64,000 nt of DNA from positions 17,961 through 81,960 of the forward strand of contig JAGHRT010000008.1 in assembly GCA_018066245.1 (NCBI GenBank). Direction: 5' to 3'. The notes under the pieces were generated by a model. It was not told the DNA's origin. It worked only from the letters and a program-made list of their open reading frames with translations, and searched no databases. This document shows positions 38,939 through 48,499 of this stretch, piece by piece (within the stretch, counting starts at the first letter, position 1; every line of letters begins with the position of its first letter). The translations under genes and the position numbers were made by a program. The stretch is from Candidatus Equimonas faecalis. Lineage in GTDB: Bacteria > Bacteroidota > Bacteroidia > Bacteroidales > Bacteroidaceae.

Positions 38939-39775
38939 TTAGAGTTTGAACTTAAAGCCCAGACTGCCGGCGTGGAGGGTAGCCGGCTCGTATTCCTCGG
39001 CCTGGAACTGGTGTTGATAGACGTAGGCGGCAGAGATGTAGAACTTCTTTGTGATTTTCAAGTCGAAGCCTGCCACGACGCGCTGCTTCACGGCACTCAG
39101 GCCGTCGCAGAGGTCGTTGGTTATCTCGTAGCTCACCTCGGGGGTGAGGGGGAAATGCGGAATGTTGTAGTCAATGCTCACGCGGGAGCGCAGCATGTGC
39201 GTATTCTTGGTTCCCTTGTCATCGGTTACCACCTCCTCGTCGCCGGGGGCGAAGTAGTAGCCGCCAATGGGGGTGTAGCCCGTGATGTCCACGCCCTCGC
39301 CCTCGCGCACGCCGTCGCGGTATTTAGTACGCTGGCAGCTGCTGCTGTTGAAGTGGGTGAACTGGTAGCGCTCGCGCAGGGCGAAGCTGAAGTTGCCCGC
39401 CTTGATTTTCCCCGTCAGGTCGATGACGGCGCGGTGCTTGTTGCGCCAGAAATCTTCGTCCAGGTTGAAGCCGTTGAAGCTGCCGTCCTTTTTCTTGTAG
39501 TCGGTCTTGAGGGCCACGGGGGAGTGGTCGGCAATGAAGCTGTAGCCCGCGCCGACCTTCAACCAAGGCAGAAGCTTGTAGTCGCCGCTCAGGCCGATGG
39601 AGGCTCGGCCAAAGCTGTTGAGATTGTCGTTAGCACGCATATCTGCCTCAGCGCCGATACTCCATTTTTTCCGGAAACTCTTTTCCACGCTGACGCTTGT
39701 CCAGAAGCCGCCCTCAGCGCAGAGGCCGAGCGGAAGCAGGAAAAACAGGACGAACGGTAGTCTTTTCATTTGCAT
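38939..39775 (-). CDS. Outer-membrane beta-barrel protein (DUF2490-like)
   Basis: Signal peptide, amphipathic strands, LRERYQ and LRSRVSIDY motifs, C-terminal LGFKFKL. Confidence 0.72.
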   Translation of the reverse strand: MQMKRLPFVLFFLLPLGLCAEGGFWTSVSVEKSFRKKWSIGAEADMRANDNLNSFGRASIGLSGDYKLLPWLKVGAGYSFIADHSPVALKTDYKKKDGSFNGFNLDEDFWRNKHRAVIDLTGKIKAGNFSFALRERYQFTHFNSSSCQRTKYRDGVREGEGVDITGYTPIGGYYFAPGDEEVVTDDKGTKNTHMLRSRVSIDYNIPHFPLTPEVSYEITNDLCDGLSAVKQRVVAGFDLKITKKFYISAAYVYQHQFQAEEYEPATLHAGSLGFKFKL

Positions 39776-39784
39776 AGTGCCGGT

Positions 39785-40576
39785 TTATTTTCGTGAAGGT
39801 TTTTGCTCGTGAACGCGCCAGGAGGCGGCGTTGGCCTCGGTGTCGATTTTGAAAATACGGTCCACCGGCTTGATTTTCGCGTCCTGGTCGGCGTAGAACA
39901 CACGGAGCATCGTGGCATCCTTAAGGAAATCGACGGCGCCCACTTCCACGCGCAGGATGTGCAGCCCGAGGCGCTTCTCCAAATCAGCCACGAGGTCGTC
40001 GTAGCGGTCGGGGGTGATGAGTTCGATATTGTCGTACTTGACATACTTACAGCCCTCGGTGTAGTTCTTGGTCAGTACGCGCTCGGCCACCCAGACCACG
40101 GCGATGAAGATGAGGCTAATGATACAGATATATATGGTGCCGATGAGGAGGCTGTACTGCACGCTGAGTGCCACTTGCATAGTGTTGCCCGGATCTTTCG
40201 GCGTAGGCGCGGCCTCCACCAGGGAAATGTTGGAGCCGAGCTTGCCGTTGAGCACGCTCATGGCCACGAGAATGAAAAGGTAGGTCATTTCGCGGATGGG
40301 CACGCTCTCGGTTCGGAATCGCACGATGCTGAAGATGGCGAACAGGCCCAGGGCTACGCCTGTGCCCACGGCTTTGTCGTTGCCGATGAGCAGGAAGATG
40401 AGCATGAACACGCTAATACTCATCAGGATGAAGGAGAAGTAGTAGTCGCGGCGGCGGCCCTTGGGGAAATAGAAGTAATGGACGAGGACCCAGACGAACA
40501 GGGTGTTGAGAAGCGTGCCTGTGATAAGGTTCAGCAGGTTTACGTTCTCGGTGAAGTACCTTAGGATAATTTCCAT
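39785..40576 (-). CDS. DUF4956 family inner-membrane protein
   Basis: Signature GVALGLFAIFSIVRFRTESVPIREMTYLF; TM helices and a soluble C-terminal domain (LVADLEKRLG). Confidence 0.85.
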   Translation of the reverse strand: MEIILRYFTENVNLLNLITGTLLNTLFVWVLVHYFYFPKGRRRDYYFSFILMSISVFMLIFLLIGNDKAVGTGVALGLFAIFSIVRFRTESVPIREMTYLFILVAMSVLNGKLGSNISLVEAAPTPKDPGNTMQVALSVQYSLLIGTIYICIISLIFIAVVWVAERVLTKNYTEGCKYVKYDNIELITPDRYDDLVADLEKRLGLHILRVEVGAVDFLKDATMLRVFYADQDAKIKPVDRIFKIDTEANAASWRVHEQKPSRK

Positions 40577-40605
40577 AGTCGGCTATTGATTTTTTACGGG
40601 TTTGC

Positions 40606-41391
40606 TCAGAGACAGTGGCGCAGCAGGGCGAGTCTTTCCTTGAAGAGGTTGAGGCGCACGTCGGGATTGGTCAGTGCTGTGCCGATGCAGTATTTTGAGA
40701 AGCCTGCGGGCTTGACGCGCAACTGCCGCAGGAGGGGAAGTATGGGCGACGGCTGCCGTCCCTCGCGCTTCAGCTCGATGATGACGGTGCGGGGAAGGGC
40801 GTGTTCCTGTCCGCTGTCGAAGTTGTTGAAACAAAGGCCAAAGTCGATGGTAAGGCGTTCGGTGTGGGCTTTGTTCACGAGTGTGATGCGCTGGAAACGG
40901 TTTTGCAGGCGCGGGCGCAGGAGTGTCCGTCCATCGTCGGCGGACGTGAAGCAGAAGTCGGTGCGCTCGCGCAGGAAGTCCTCGCCGGCAGCCTCCTGCA
41001 CCACGGCTTCGATGCTGGGCACGGCCACGCGCTTCTTCCTGGTCTTGCCGTGGTTGTCCTTGCGCTTTATTTCGAGGAAGGACAGGGCTGAATCGACGTA
41101 GGTACGCGCTCTCACCTTTATGCGGGGCCGGGCTCCGCACTGGTGGCGCTGGTACATGGTGTGGAGGTCGTCATCCCAATACACCGTGCGGTAGGGGGCT
41201 ATTACATGGCCGCAGTTCACCTGTGCATAGTAGCTGCCCTGGCAGAGCGCAAGCAGGCGCTCCAAGACAGGCAGGGTGGTCACGAACTTTGTGTCCGTGC
41301 GGTTCATGAGCCTAATCTTGGACATCTCCTCCAACGTAATGGGCGGAAACTGGGCTACGAGTGCCTGCAACGAGGCGTAATCAGGGAGCAT
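40606..41391 (-). CDS. VTC / polyphosphate-polymerase domain protein (CYTH/TTM fold)
   Basis: Motifs LMNRTDTKF, YRTVYWD, RIKVRARTY, FLEIKRK, RITLV, ERLTID, IIELK and FSKYC. Confidence 0.87.
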   Translation of the reverse strand: MLPDYASLQALVAQFPPITLEEMSKIRLMNRTDTKFVTTLPVLERLLALCQGSYYAQVNCGHVIAPYRTVYWDDDLHTMYQRHQCGARPRIKVRARTYVDSALSFLEIKRKDNHGKTRKKRVAVPSIEAVVQEAAGEDFLRERTDFCFTSADDGRTLLRPRLQNRFQRITLVNKAHTERLTIDFGLCFNNFDSGQEHALPRTVIIELKREGRQPSPILPLLRQLRVKPAGFSKYCIGTALTNPDVRLNLFKERLALLRHCL

Positions 41392-41436
41392 CGGCTGGCT
41401 GAGGGGATTTGGGTGACACTTTCAGCGTTACGGCTG

Positions 41437-41444
41437 CAAAATTA
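41437..41444 (-). promoter_or_regulatory. -7 promoter element TAATTTTG of the VTC operon
   Basis: TAnnTTTG 45 nt upstream of the ATG. Confidence 0.62.
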
Positions 41445-41652
41445 CATAAAAAAACTGAGAGCAAGGGGCGGTTCTGCCAAAAACTTTCAAGAAAAAAATG
41501 TAAGCCTCGCTTTTTGTCTGTTTTGGCCCCTGTATCAGACCAAAAGGAACCAGGCGTTTCCGTCTTCCGCCCCCTTGATTTCCTGCTTCTCCCGCAGGGC
41601 CGGCCATCACGCTCCCAACACGGGTCTCCCCCACCCTATGGAGTAGGACTTC

Positions 41653-41715
41653 CTACCCTATACGGCAGAAAAAACTACCCTATACGGCAGTTTGTCCTGC
41701 CGTATAGGGTAGTTT
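41653..41715. repeat. Dispersed-family 22-bp units forming a 19-bp hairpin downstream of ribH
   Basis: aaactaccctatacggcag (41672-41690) pairs with ctgccgtatagggtagttt (41697-41715); an extra direct copy starts at 41653. Confidence 0.8.
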
Positions 41716-41765
41716 ACGCGGTCGCCACGATGGCCGCGGCTTTCGTAGCGGAGGATTTTCGTCCG

Positions 41766-42242
41766 TCAGTCTTGCATCCGTCGGGCGTAGTCCACCATCT
41801 GGATGGCGGTAAGGGCAAATTCCTGCCCCTTGGTTTCGGCACGCTCTTCGGCCTGCTGCTCGGTATTGACGGTAAGGATGCCGTTGATTACGGGCACGTC
41901 GCCGCGCAGATTCAGCTCAGTGAGGCCCTGCGTGGCCCCCTGGCAAATATAGTCGAAGTGGGCTGTGTCGCCGCGAATGACGCATCCGATGGCGATGACG
42001 GCATCCACGTAGCCGTGGCGCAGGAGCTGTGAGCAGCCGAACACGAGTTCAAAACTGCCGGGCACGCGCCGGACCGTGATGTTCTGTTCGCCGACGCCCT
42101 CGGCCTTGAGTTGCTCGACGGCGTGGGCCATGAGGCGCTCGGTGATACTGGAGTTCCATTCGGCAACGACAAGCCCGATGCGCATATCGGTGGCATCGGG
42201 CTTATTCGTCGTAGCTGAATGATTGTAGGAAAAGCTATTCAT
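41766..42242 (-). CDS. ribH: 6,7-dimethyl-8-ribityllumazine synthase
   Basis: Motifs IGLVVAEWN, VPGSFEL, GCVIRGDTAHFDYI and EQQAEER. Start placed at MNSFSY (42242). Confidence 0.95.
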   Translation of the reverse strand: MNSFSYNHSATTNKPDATDMRIGLVVAEWNSSITERLMAHAVEQLKAEGVGEQNITVRRVPGSFELVFGCSQLLRHGYVDAVIAIGCVIRGDTAHFDYICQGATQGLTELNLRGDVPVINGILTVNTEQQAEERAETKGQEFALTAIQMVDYARRMQD

Positions 42243-42299
42243 TTGGCCAGTGTTTTGAGAGGCTGTCCGCTGGGGCAACTGCCCCTTGCGGCCGGCGGC

Positions 42300-43010
42300 T
42301 TAGCGCGTAGCCCTCTCTATGTATTTGTCAATCTCGGGGGAAGAGAAGGAAGCACCCTGCTGCTGGGGCATGGCGAGGGCGGAGGTGGGATAGTCCTTCT
42401 TAATCTGCTCGTACAGAGCCTTGGCTTCGGCATACTTCTTCTGGCTCTCCAGAATCTGAGCGGCCTTGAGCAGATACACGGGGCTGAGGCTCTCATTGTC
42501 GGCCTTGCTGGCAGCCTTCTTGAACGTATCGATGGCCTTGTCGGTCTGGCCGTCGGCCACATAGCAGTCGCCGAGGCAGCCTATCACGGCAGGGCTTACG
42601 CTGACGTCGCCCTTCGGGCTGAAGGCCTCAAGCTCCTTGATGGCCTCCTTGTACTTGCCGAGGTGGGCGTAGCATTCGCCTGCATAGGCGTGGGCCAGGT
42701 TGGCGGCATCGGTCCAGCTGTAGTCCTTGGAAATCTTGGTGAAGCCCTTGTACTGGCCCTCACCGTTGAGCGCCTTGGTGTAGCCCTCGTCGCTGCCCTG
42801 CATGAAGTACTGCATACCCTGCTGCAGTTGGGCGGAGGCTTTGGCTTCGCGCTTGCTGAGCCAGGCATGGCCGGCGAAAACTGCCACGACGACGGCTATC
42901 AGAGCCACAATGGTCGTGATGATGATTTTCTTGTTCTTGTTTACGAAGGCCTCGGTCTTGCTGATTGTAGCTTCGAGGTCGAGAGATTGGGGTGCTTGAT
43001 TTTTTGCCAT
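42300..43010 (-). CDS. Membrane-anchored TPR protein (YfgM-like)
   Basis: One N-terminal TM helix followed by TPR helices; located between recF and ribH. Confidence 0.85.
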   Translation of the reverse strand: MAKNQAPQSLDLEATISKTEAFVNKNKKIIITTIVALIAVVVAVFAGHAWLSKREAKASAQLQQGMQYFMQGSDEGYTKALNGEGQYKGFTKISKDYSWTDAANLAHAYAGECYAHLGKYKEAIKELEAFSPKGDVSVSPAVIGCLGDCYVADGQTDKAIDTFKKAASKADNESLSPVYLLKAAQILESQKKYAEAKALYEQIKKDYPTSALAMPQQQGASFSSPEIDKYIERATR

Positions 43011-43061
43011 TTGTGTATGATGATTTTATTTATTGCATAGGTTAGCACACATTTGCAGCCG

Positions 43062-43141
43062 CAAAATTAGGAAAAACCGCCCACTCCACGAAACAAATCC
43101 TGCTTTTTTTTCGCTTTTTCGGCGTTTTATGACTATTTTTG
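43062..43141. promoter_or_regulatory. Divergent -7 elements for the TPR-ribH unit (-) and recF (+)
   Basis: TAATTTTG on the minus strand at 43069-43062; TATTTTTG on the plus strand at 43134-43141. Confidence 0.6.
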
Positions 43142-43164
43142 CACCCTAAACATGCATTAAGCTT

Positions 43165-44295
43165 ATGATTCTTCGCAGGCTCAACGTCATAAACTATCGA
43201 AATCTTCAAGACGTAACGCTCCATCTTTCCGACAACGTAAACTGCTTTGTGGGCAACAACGGCATGGGCAAGACTAACGTGCTGGATGCCGTTTACTATC
43301 TGTCGTTCTGCAAGAGCAGCCTGAACAACCTCGACGCGGCGAACATCCACCACGGCGACGATTTCTTCATGCTGGACGGCCGCTACGTGAACGAGGCCAC
43401 CGAGGTGGAGGAGCATGTGGTCTGTTCGCTCCAGCGGGGACAGCGCAAGCGGCTTCGCCGCAACGACAAGGACTGCAAGCGGCTGGCTGAACACGTGGGC
43501 CTTGTGCCTTTGGTGATAATCAGCCCCAGCGATTTGGAACTGGTCGCTGGCGGTTCGGAGGAGCGGCGCAGGTTCATGGACATGGTCATTGCGCAGTACG
43601 ACCCCATCTATCTGGAACGGCTGGTGCGCTACCAACGCGCCCTGGCTCAGCGCAACGCCTTGCTCAAGGCCGAGGACAAGCCCGACGCGGGGCTCATGGA
43701 CGTGCTGGAGGCGATGATGTCGGAATGCGCCGCCACCCTCTATGAAGGCCGCGCCCGATTCGTGGAGGAGTTCACCCCCATCTTCCGCCAACTCTACGGC
43801 CAACTGTGCAACACTCCGGACGAAAGTCCCGACGTGTGCTATGAGAGCCATGCCGAACGGGGCGAACTGCTTCCGTTGCTTAAGGAGGGGCGCGAGAGGG
43901 AACGCATCGTGGGCTACACGCTGCACGGCCCTCACAAGGACAACCTTAGCCTTCTGCTCAATGGCTTTGAACTGCGGCGCGAGGGCTCCCAGGGTCAGAC
44001 CAAGACTTACTTCATCTCGATGAAGCTGGCGCAATACCTCTACCTCAAGCGCAAGAGCGAAAGCCGGACGGGGCAGGGCATGGCCGCCGGCTCACCGATA
44101 CTTCTGCTTGACGACATATTCGACAAACTCGACGCAGGGCGCGTGGCCTGCATCGTGAAGTATGTGTCCGGCGATGCCTTCGGCCAGATTTTCATCACCG
44201 ACACCAACCGCGAGCACCTTGACCAAATCCTTGCATCCACGGTGCGCGACTACAAACTCTTCCAAGTGGACGGCGGACAGGTCAGCGCCACGTAG
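43165..44295 (+). CDS. recF: DNA replication/repair protein RecF
   Basis: Walker A GNNGMGKTN; RRRFMD; GPHKD; GSQGQ; LLLDD. Confidence 0.96.
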   Translation: MILRRLNVINYRNLQDVTLHLSDNVNCFVGNNGMGKTNVLDAVYYLSFCKSSLNNLDAANIHHGDDFFMLDGRYVNEATEVEEHVVCSLQRGQRKRLRRNDKDCKRLAEHVGLVPLVIISPSDLELVAGGSEERRRFMDMVIAQYDPIYLERLVRYQRALAQRNALLKAEDKPDAGLMDVLEAMMSECAATLYEGRARFVEEFTPIFRQLYGQLCNTPDESPDVCYESHAERGELLPLLKEGRERERIVGYTLHGPHKDNLSLLLNGFELRREGSQGQTKTYFISMKLAQYLYLKRKSESRTGQGMAAGSPILLLDDIFDKLDAGRVACIVKYVSGDAFGQIFITDTNREHLDQILASTVRDYKLFQVDGGQVSAT

Positions 44296-44324
44296 CCACC
44301 GGCCCATACACAAGGGACAACGCA

Positions 44325-44384
44325 CGTATAGAGTAGCGAGAACTGCCGTATAGAGTAGTGAGAACTATCGTATAGAGTAGTTTC
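44325..44384. repeat. Dispersed-family 22-bp repeat, 3 copies
   Basis: cgtatagagtag at 44325, 44347 and 44369. Confidence 0.85.
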
Positions 44385-44409
44385 AGTTCGCGTTTGGACA
44401 AACAAAACG

Positions 44410-44446
44410 GGGGCTTGGATAAGGTTCATCACCCTGTCCAAGCCCC
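44410..44446. terminator. Hairpin between convergent recF and yraN
   Basis: Inverted repeat ggggcttgga / tccaagcccc. Confidence 0.6.
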
Positions 44447-44478
44447 AATCATACTCCTTATTATATAATACGGAAGAC

Positions 44479-44883
44479 CTACCACTCTTGGGCCGCCCGC
44501 TTCCCTTCAGGCCGGAAGTCGCTGTCCGAGAAGGCACGGCGGCGGTGCGTGAGCCGGTAATGCGGCCCTTCGCCCACGAGGGTAATAACGTCGAAACGGT
44601 AAGGCAAAGGCACGTCGTGGTAAAAGCGGTTCATGTAGTGTCGCGCCGCCAGTATGAGGTTGTTGCGCTTTTTCTGATTGACGGCCGACAGCGCAGTGCG
44701 GACATCCTCGTTGAGGCGCGTCTTCACTTCCACAAACACTATTTCGCCGTGCCACTCGGCCACGATGTCCAATTCGTGGTGTAGGGAGCGCCAGTTGCGG
44801 TGGAGCAAAACGAAACCGCTGTCCGCCAAATAGCGGGCAGCGATTTCTTCGCCTTTAAGGCCAGTGTCTATCTTTTCTGCCAT
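44479..44883 (-). CDS. yraN: YraN/UPF0102 family putative endonuclease
   Basis: Motifs GEEIAARYL, RNWR..ELDIV, FVEVKTR and RFDVI. Confidence 0.9.
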   Translation of the reverse strand: MAEKIDTGLKGEEIAARYLADSGFVLLHRNWRSLHHELDIVAEWHGEIVFVEVKTRLNEDVRTALSAVNQKKRNNLILAARHYMNRFYHDVPLPYRFDVITLVGEGPHYRLTHRRRAFSDSDFRPEGKRAAQEW

Positions 44884-45617
44884 TATTCGCCTTCCTCAGG
44901 CTTCATGTTGGTATAGACAGTCTGCACGTCGTCAAAATCCTCCAGCTTCTCGACCATCTTATTAATGCTCTCGCGCTGCTCGGGGGTAACATCCTTGAAA
45001 TCGTTGGGGATGTAGGTAAACTCACCGCCCACGTCCTCAAAACCGTTGTCCTCGAGGTATTTCTGGATTTCAGCGTAGCTCTTCGGGTCGCCGTAGATGG
45101 TCATCGTGCCTTCTTCGGGGTCTTCTTCGTACTCGTCCTCTGCGCCGAGGTCAATGATGGAGAGGATGAAGTCGTCCATGTCCATGTCGTCCTTGCGCTT
45201 GAATGTGAACACGCACTTGTGGTCGAAGAGGAAGGCCAGGGAGCCGGAAGTACCCATGTTGCCGGAGAATTTGTTGAACACGCTGCGCACATCGCCCACG
45301 GTGCGGGTGGGGTTGTCGGTGAGGGTGTCCACGAAAATGGCGATGCCGTGTGGTCCGTAGCCCTCGTAGGTGCGCGTCTCATAGCTGCTCTGGTCCTTAC
45401 CCTGAGCGTTCTTGATAGCGCGATCGATGTTATCCTTCGGCATATTCTCGCGCTTGCATACGGCGATGACGGAGCGGAGTGCGGGATTCATGTCGGGGTC
45501 GGGACCTCCTGCCTTCACGGCTATGGCAATCTGCTTGCCCAGACGGGTGAAAGTCTTGGCCATGTGGCCCCATCTTTTCAGTTTGGCGGCTTTGCGGTAT
45601 TCAAATGCTCTTCCCAT
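44883..45617 (-). CDS. yebC: YebC/PmpR family protein
   Basis: Motifs MGRAFEYRK, GGPDP..NPALR, YEGYGPHG and DDVQTVYTN. Confidence 0.95.
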   Translation of the reverse strand: MGRAFEYRKAAKLKRWGHMAKTFTRLGKQIAIAVKAGGPDPDMNPALRSVIAVCKRENMPKDNIDRAIKNAQGKDQSSYETRTYEGYGPHGIAIFVDTLTDNPTRTVGDVRSVFNKFSGNMGTSGSLAFLFDHKCVFTFKRKDDMDMDDFILSIIDLGAEDEYEEDPEEGTMTIYGDPKSYAEIQKYLEDNGFEDVGGEFTYIPNDFKDVTPEQRESINKMVEKLEDFDDVQTVYTNMKPEEGE

Positions 45618-45722
45618 GATTGTATAAATTAGATATTATGAATTTTGAATTATTCTGGTTTCAGGCTTTGACAGTCAAACGTTTTCTTCAGATGCTTGAT
45701 TTTGTCCTTTGTATAAAATCAC

Positions 45723-48242
45723 CTATCGCAATTCTGCGCCCAACTGTTTTTGCAGGGAGGTGATGATTTTCTGCATGATGGCATCGATGGCCTTATCGGA
45801 CATCGTTTTCGTCTCGTCTTGCAGGATGAATTTCACGGCGTAGGATTTCTTGCCTTCGGGGAGATTTTTGCCTTCGTAAACGTCGAAGAGCTCCACGCTG
45901 CGAAGGAGTTTCTTGTCGGCCTGCTGGGCTATGCGCTGGACGGCGGCAAATTCCACGTCCTTGTCAATCAGCAAGGCGAGGTCGCGGCGCACGGCGGGGA
46001 ACTTGGGAAGTTCTTGGAAGGAGACGGGCTTCTGTGGCAACTTCTTGCATACGAGGGACCAGTTGAGGTCGGCAAAATATACTTCCTGCTCCAATCCCAT
46101 CTTGCCGCTCACGGCTTTGCTGACGAGGCCCAGTTCTAAGTAGGTCTTTCCGTTGCGGTCGCGCAAGGCAAGGCCGACGGCATAGATGTCGTTCTCCGTG
46201 TTTTCCCAGCAAAAGGCACCCAAGGGCAGGCCGAGGCGGGCCAGCACGTTGAGGACGTGAGCCTTGAGCTCGTACACGGAGGTTTCTTCATCGGGGTGCG
46301 CCCAGCTGCCTTCCACGCGCTTTCCTGTGAGCCACAAGCCCAAGTGGGCTTCTTCGGAATAGCCAGCCAGCACCTTGCCGGGCGTAGCTTTTATTTCCTC
46401 GGGAGAAAGTCCTTCCTGCGCAGCCTGCTTCTTTTCGGCGTTGAAGTGGTAGCAGTTGCCGAACTCAAAGAAGCGCAGGTTCTGGCTCTTGCGATTGACG
46501 TTGTGGACTATGCTTTCGAGACCACCGAACAGCAACGTCTGGCGCAGCACGGCCAAGTCGTTGCTCAGAGGGTTGATGAGGCGCACACTCTCCTTGGCCG
46601 GATAGGCACTAAGGCTCTCATAGTAAGCCTCGCGGGTAAGGGAGTTGTTCAGAATCTCATTGAAGCCCGCACCCACCAGCTGCTCGCTCACAAGGCGTTG
46701 CAACTTGGCAGCCACATCCACCTCGTTCTTCACCGTAAGGCTGCTTTTGAGCTGCGTAGGGATTTCCACGTTGTTGTAGCCGTATATGCGGAGGATGTCT
46801 TCCACTACGTCGCAGGGACGCTGCACATCGACACGATAAGCCGGCACTTGGATAGCCAGGCCTTCCGCCGTCTCGCCCACAACTTTCATTTCCAAAGCCT
46901 CCACGATGGTGCGGATAAGTTCCACGGGTATGCTTTTGCCCACAAGTTGATGCACATAGCTGTAGCTCAGACTTACGGGAAAGTATTTGGGCAGGGCGGG
47001 CTGTGCTTCTACGTCCACGATGTCCATGCTTATCGTACCGCCAGCCAATTCTTTTACAAGCATAGCGGCCTGCTTCAAGGCATAAATCTGTCCGTCGGGG
47101 TCGATGCCGCGCTCAAATCGGAAGGAAGCGTCGGTGCTCAGGCCGTGGCGACGGGCTGACTTACGAATCCACGTGGGGTGGAAGTAAGCAGATTCCAGCA
47201 CCACGTTGGTTGTCGTTTCGTACGTGCCGCTGCCTTTTCCTCCAAACACGCCGGCAATGCACATCGGCTCTTCAGCGTTGCAGATGGCAAGGTCGCGCTC
47301 CGACAGTTTGTGCTCCACGCCGTCCAGCGTTGTGAAAGGTGTACCTTCGGGCAGGGTCTTCACCACGATGGCCTGGCCTGTTACCATGTCGGCATCGAAG
47401 CAATGCAGCGGTTGGCCGTAAGCCATCATTATGTAGTTGGTAATATCGACTACATTATTGATAGGACGGAGCCCTATAGCGGTGAGTTTATCCTGAAGCC
47501 ACTTGGGTGAGGGCTTCACCTCACACCCCTTGAGGCTGACGGCACAATAGCGGGGACAAGCCTCCTGATTCTCCACCCTGACGCTGACGGGCAAATCATG
47601 ATTATCCACTTTGAAGTCGGCCACAGAGGGACGCTTCAGCGCAGTGGGCACACCCTGCCGCACGAGGTAAGCATAGAGATCGCGAGCCACGCCGTAGTGC
47701 GAACAGGCATCGGCCCTGTTGGGTGTAATATCTACTTCGATGACATAGTCGCTCTCAACGCCGAACACTTCCGCAGCGGGAGTGCCCACGCGCCAAGTGT
47801 CGGGCAGCACGATGATGCCGTCGTGGCTCTCGCCCACGCCGATTTCGTCTTCTGCACATATCATGCCAAGGCTTTCCACGCCGCGCAGTTTGGAGCGCTT
47901 GATGGTGAAGGATTCATCGCCGTCGTACAATACCGTGCCGAGGGTGGCCACGATGACCTTCTGGCCTTTTGCCACGTTGGGAGCGCCGCACACGATTTGC
48001 TGCAGCTCCTCGGCGCCGTCTTCAAGGCGGACCTGACAGATGTGCATGTGGTCGGAGTTGGGATGCACGTCGCACTCGACGACTTCACCCACTACCAGAC
48101 CTTTCAGTCCGCCACGGATGCTTTCCACCTCTTCTACGCCATCCACTTCCAGACCGATGGACGTCAGGGCATCGGCCACTTCCTGGGCTGTCATCGCGCC
48201 GTAATCCACGTACTCGCGCAGCCATTTGTAAGATATATTCAT
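45723..48242 (-). CDS. pheT: Phenylalanine--tRNA ligase beta subunit
   Basis: Motifs MNISYKWL, IVCGAPNV, ITPNRAD, RFERG, RVDV..VVEDILRIYG and FPAVRRDLA. Confidence 0.97.
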   Translation of the reverse strand: MNISYKWLREYVDYGAMTAQEVADALTSIGLEVDGVEEVESIRGGLKGLVVGEVVECDVHPNSDHMHICQVRLEDGAEELQQIVCGAPNVAKGQKVIVATLGTVLYDGDESFTIKRSKLRGVESLGMICAEDEIGVGESHDGIIVLPDTWRVGTPAAEVFGVESDYVIEVDITPNRADACSHYGVARDLYAYLVRQGVPTALKRPSVADFKVDNHDLPVSVRVENQEACPRYCAVSLKGCEVKPSPKWLQDKLTAIGLRPINNVVDITNYIMMAYGQPLHCFDADMVTGQAIVVKTLPEGTPFTTLDGVEHKLSERDLAICNAEEPMCIAGVFGGKGSGTYETTTNVVLESAYFHPTWIRKSARRHGLSTDASFRFERGIDPDGQIYALKQAAMLVKELAGGTISMDIVDVEAQPALPKYFPVSLSYSYVHQLVGKSIPVELIRTIVEALEMKVVGETAEGLAIQVPAYRVDVQRPCDVVEDILRIYGYNNVEIPTQLKSSLTVKNEVDVAAKLQRLVSEQLVGAGFNEILNNSLTREAYYESLSAYPAKESVRLINPLSNDLAVLRQTLLFGGLESIVHNVNRKSQNLRFFEFGNCYHFNAEKKQAAQEGLSPEEIKATPGKVLAGYSEEAHLGLWLTGKRVEGSWAHPDEETSVYELKAHVLNVLARLGLPLGAFCWENTENDIYAVGLALRDRNGKTYLELGLVSKAVSGKMGLEQEVYFADLNWSLVCKKLPQKPVSFQELPKFPAVRRDLALLIDKDVEFAAVQRIAQQADKKLLRSVELFDVYEGKNLPEGKKSYAVKFILQDETKTMSDKAIDAIMQKIITSLQKQLGAELR

Positions 48243-48326
48243 TGGAAACTTCTGTTTTGTCCTTTAGGGGGTGCAGCGGAAGCCTCGCAGGCTGGGCCTG
48301 TCGGCAGGAGCCGCTACATTTTCGTG

Positions 48327-48334
48327 CAAAGATA
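48327..48334 (-). promoter_or_regulatory. -7 promoter element TATCTTTG of pheT
   Basis: TAnnTTTG match 85 nt upstream of the ATG. Confidence 0.62.
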
Positions 48335-48499
48335 CTCAATTTTTCTTAAATGCAAGGCTTATGCACCCCTCTTTTTCCTTTTCGCGCGATATATAAGGAG
48401 TGATTTACCAAGTAGGATTGGCAAAGCGAGAGCTGATGACAGGCATTTGCCGTCCTGCGGGACGTTTTCCGCCATCGGCTCTCGCTCGCGTCCAACGGC

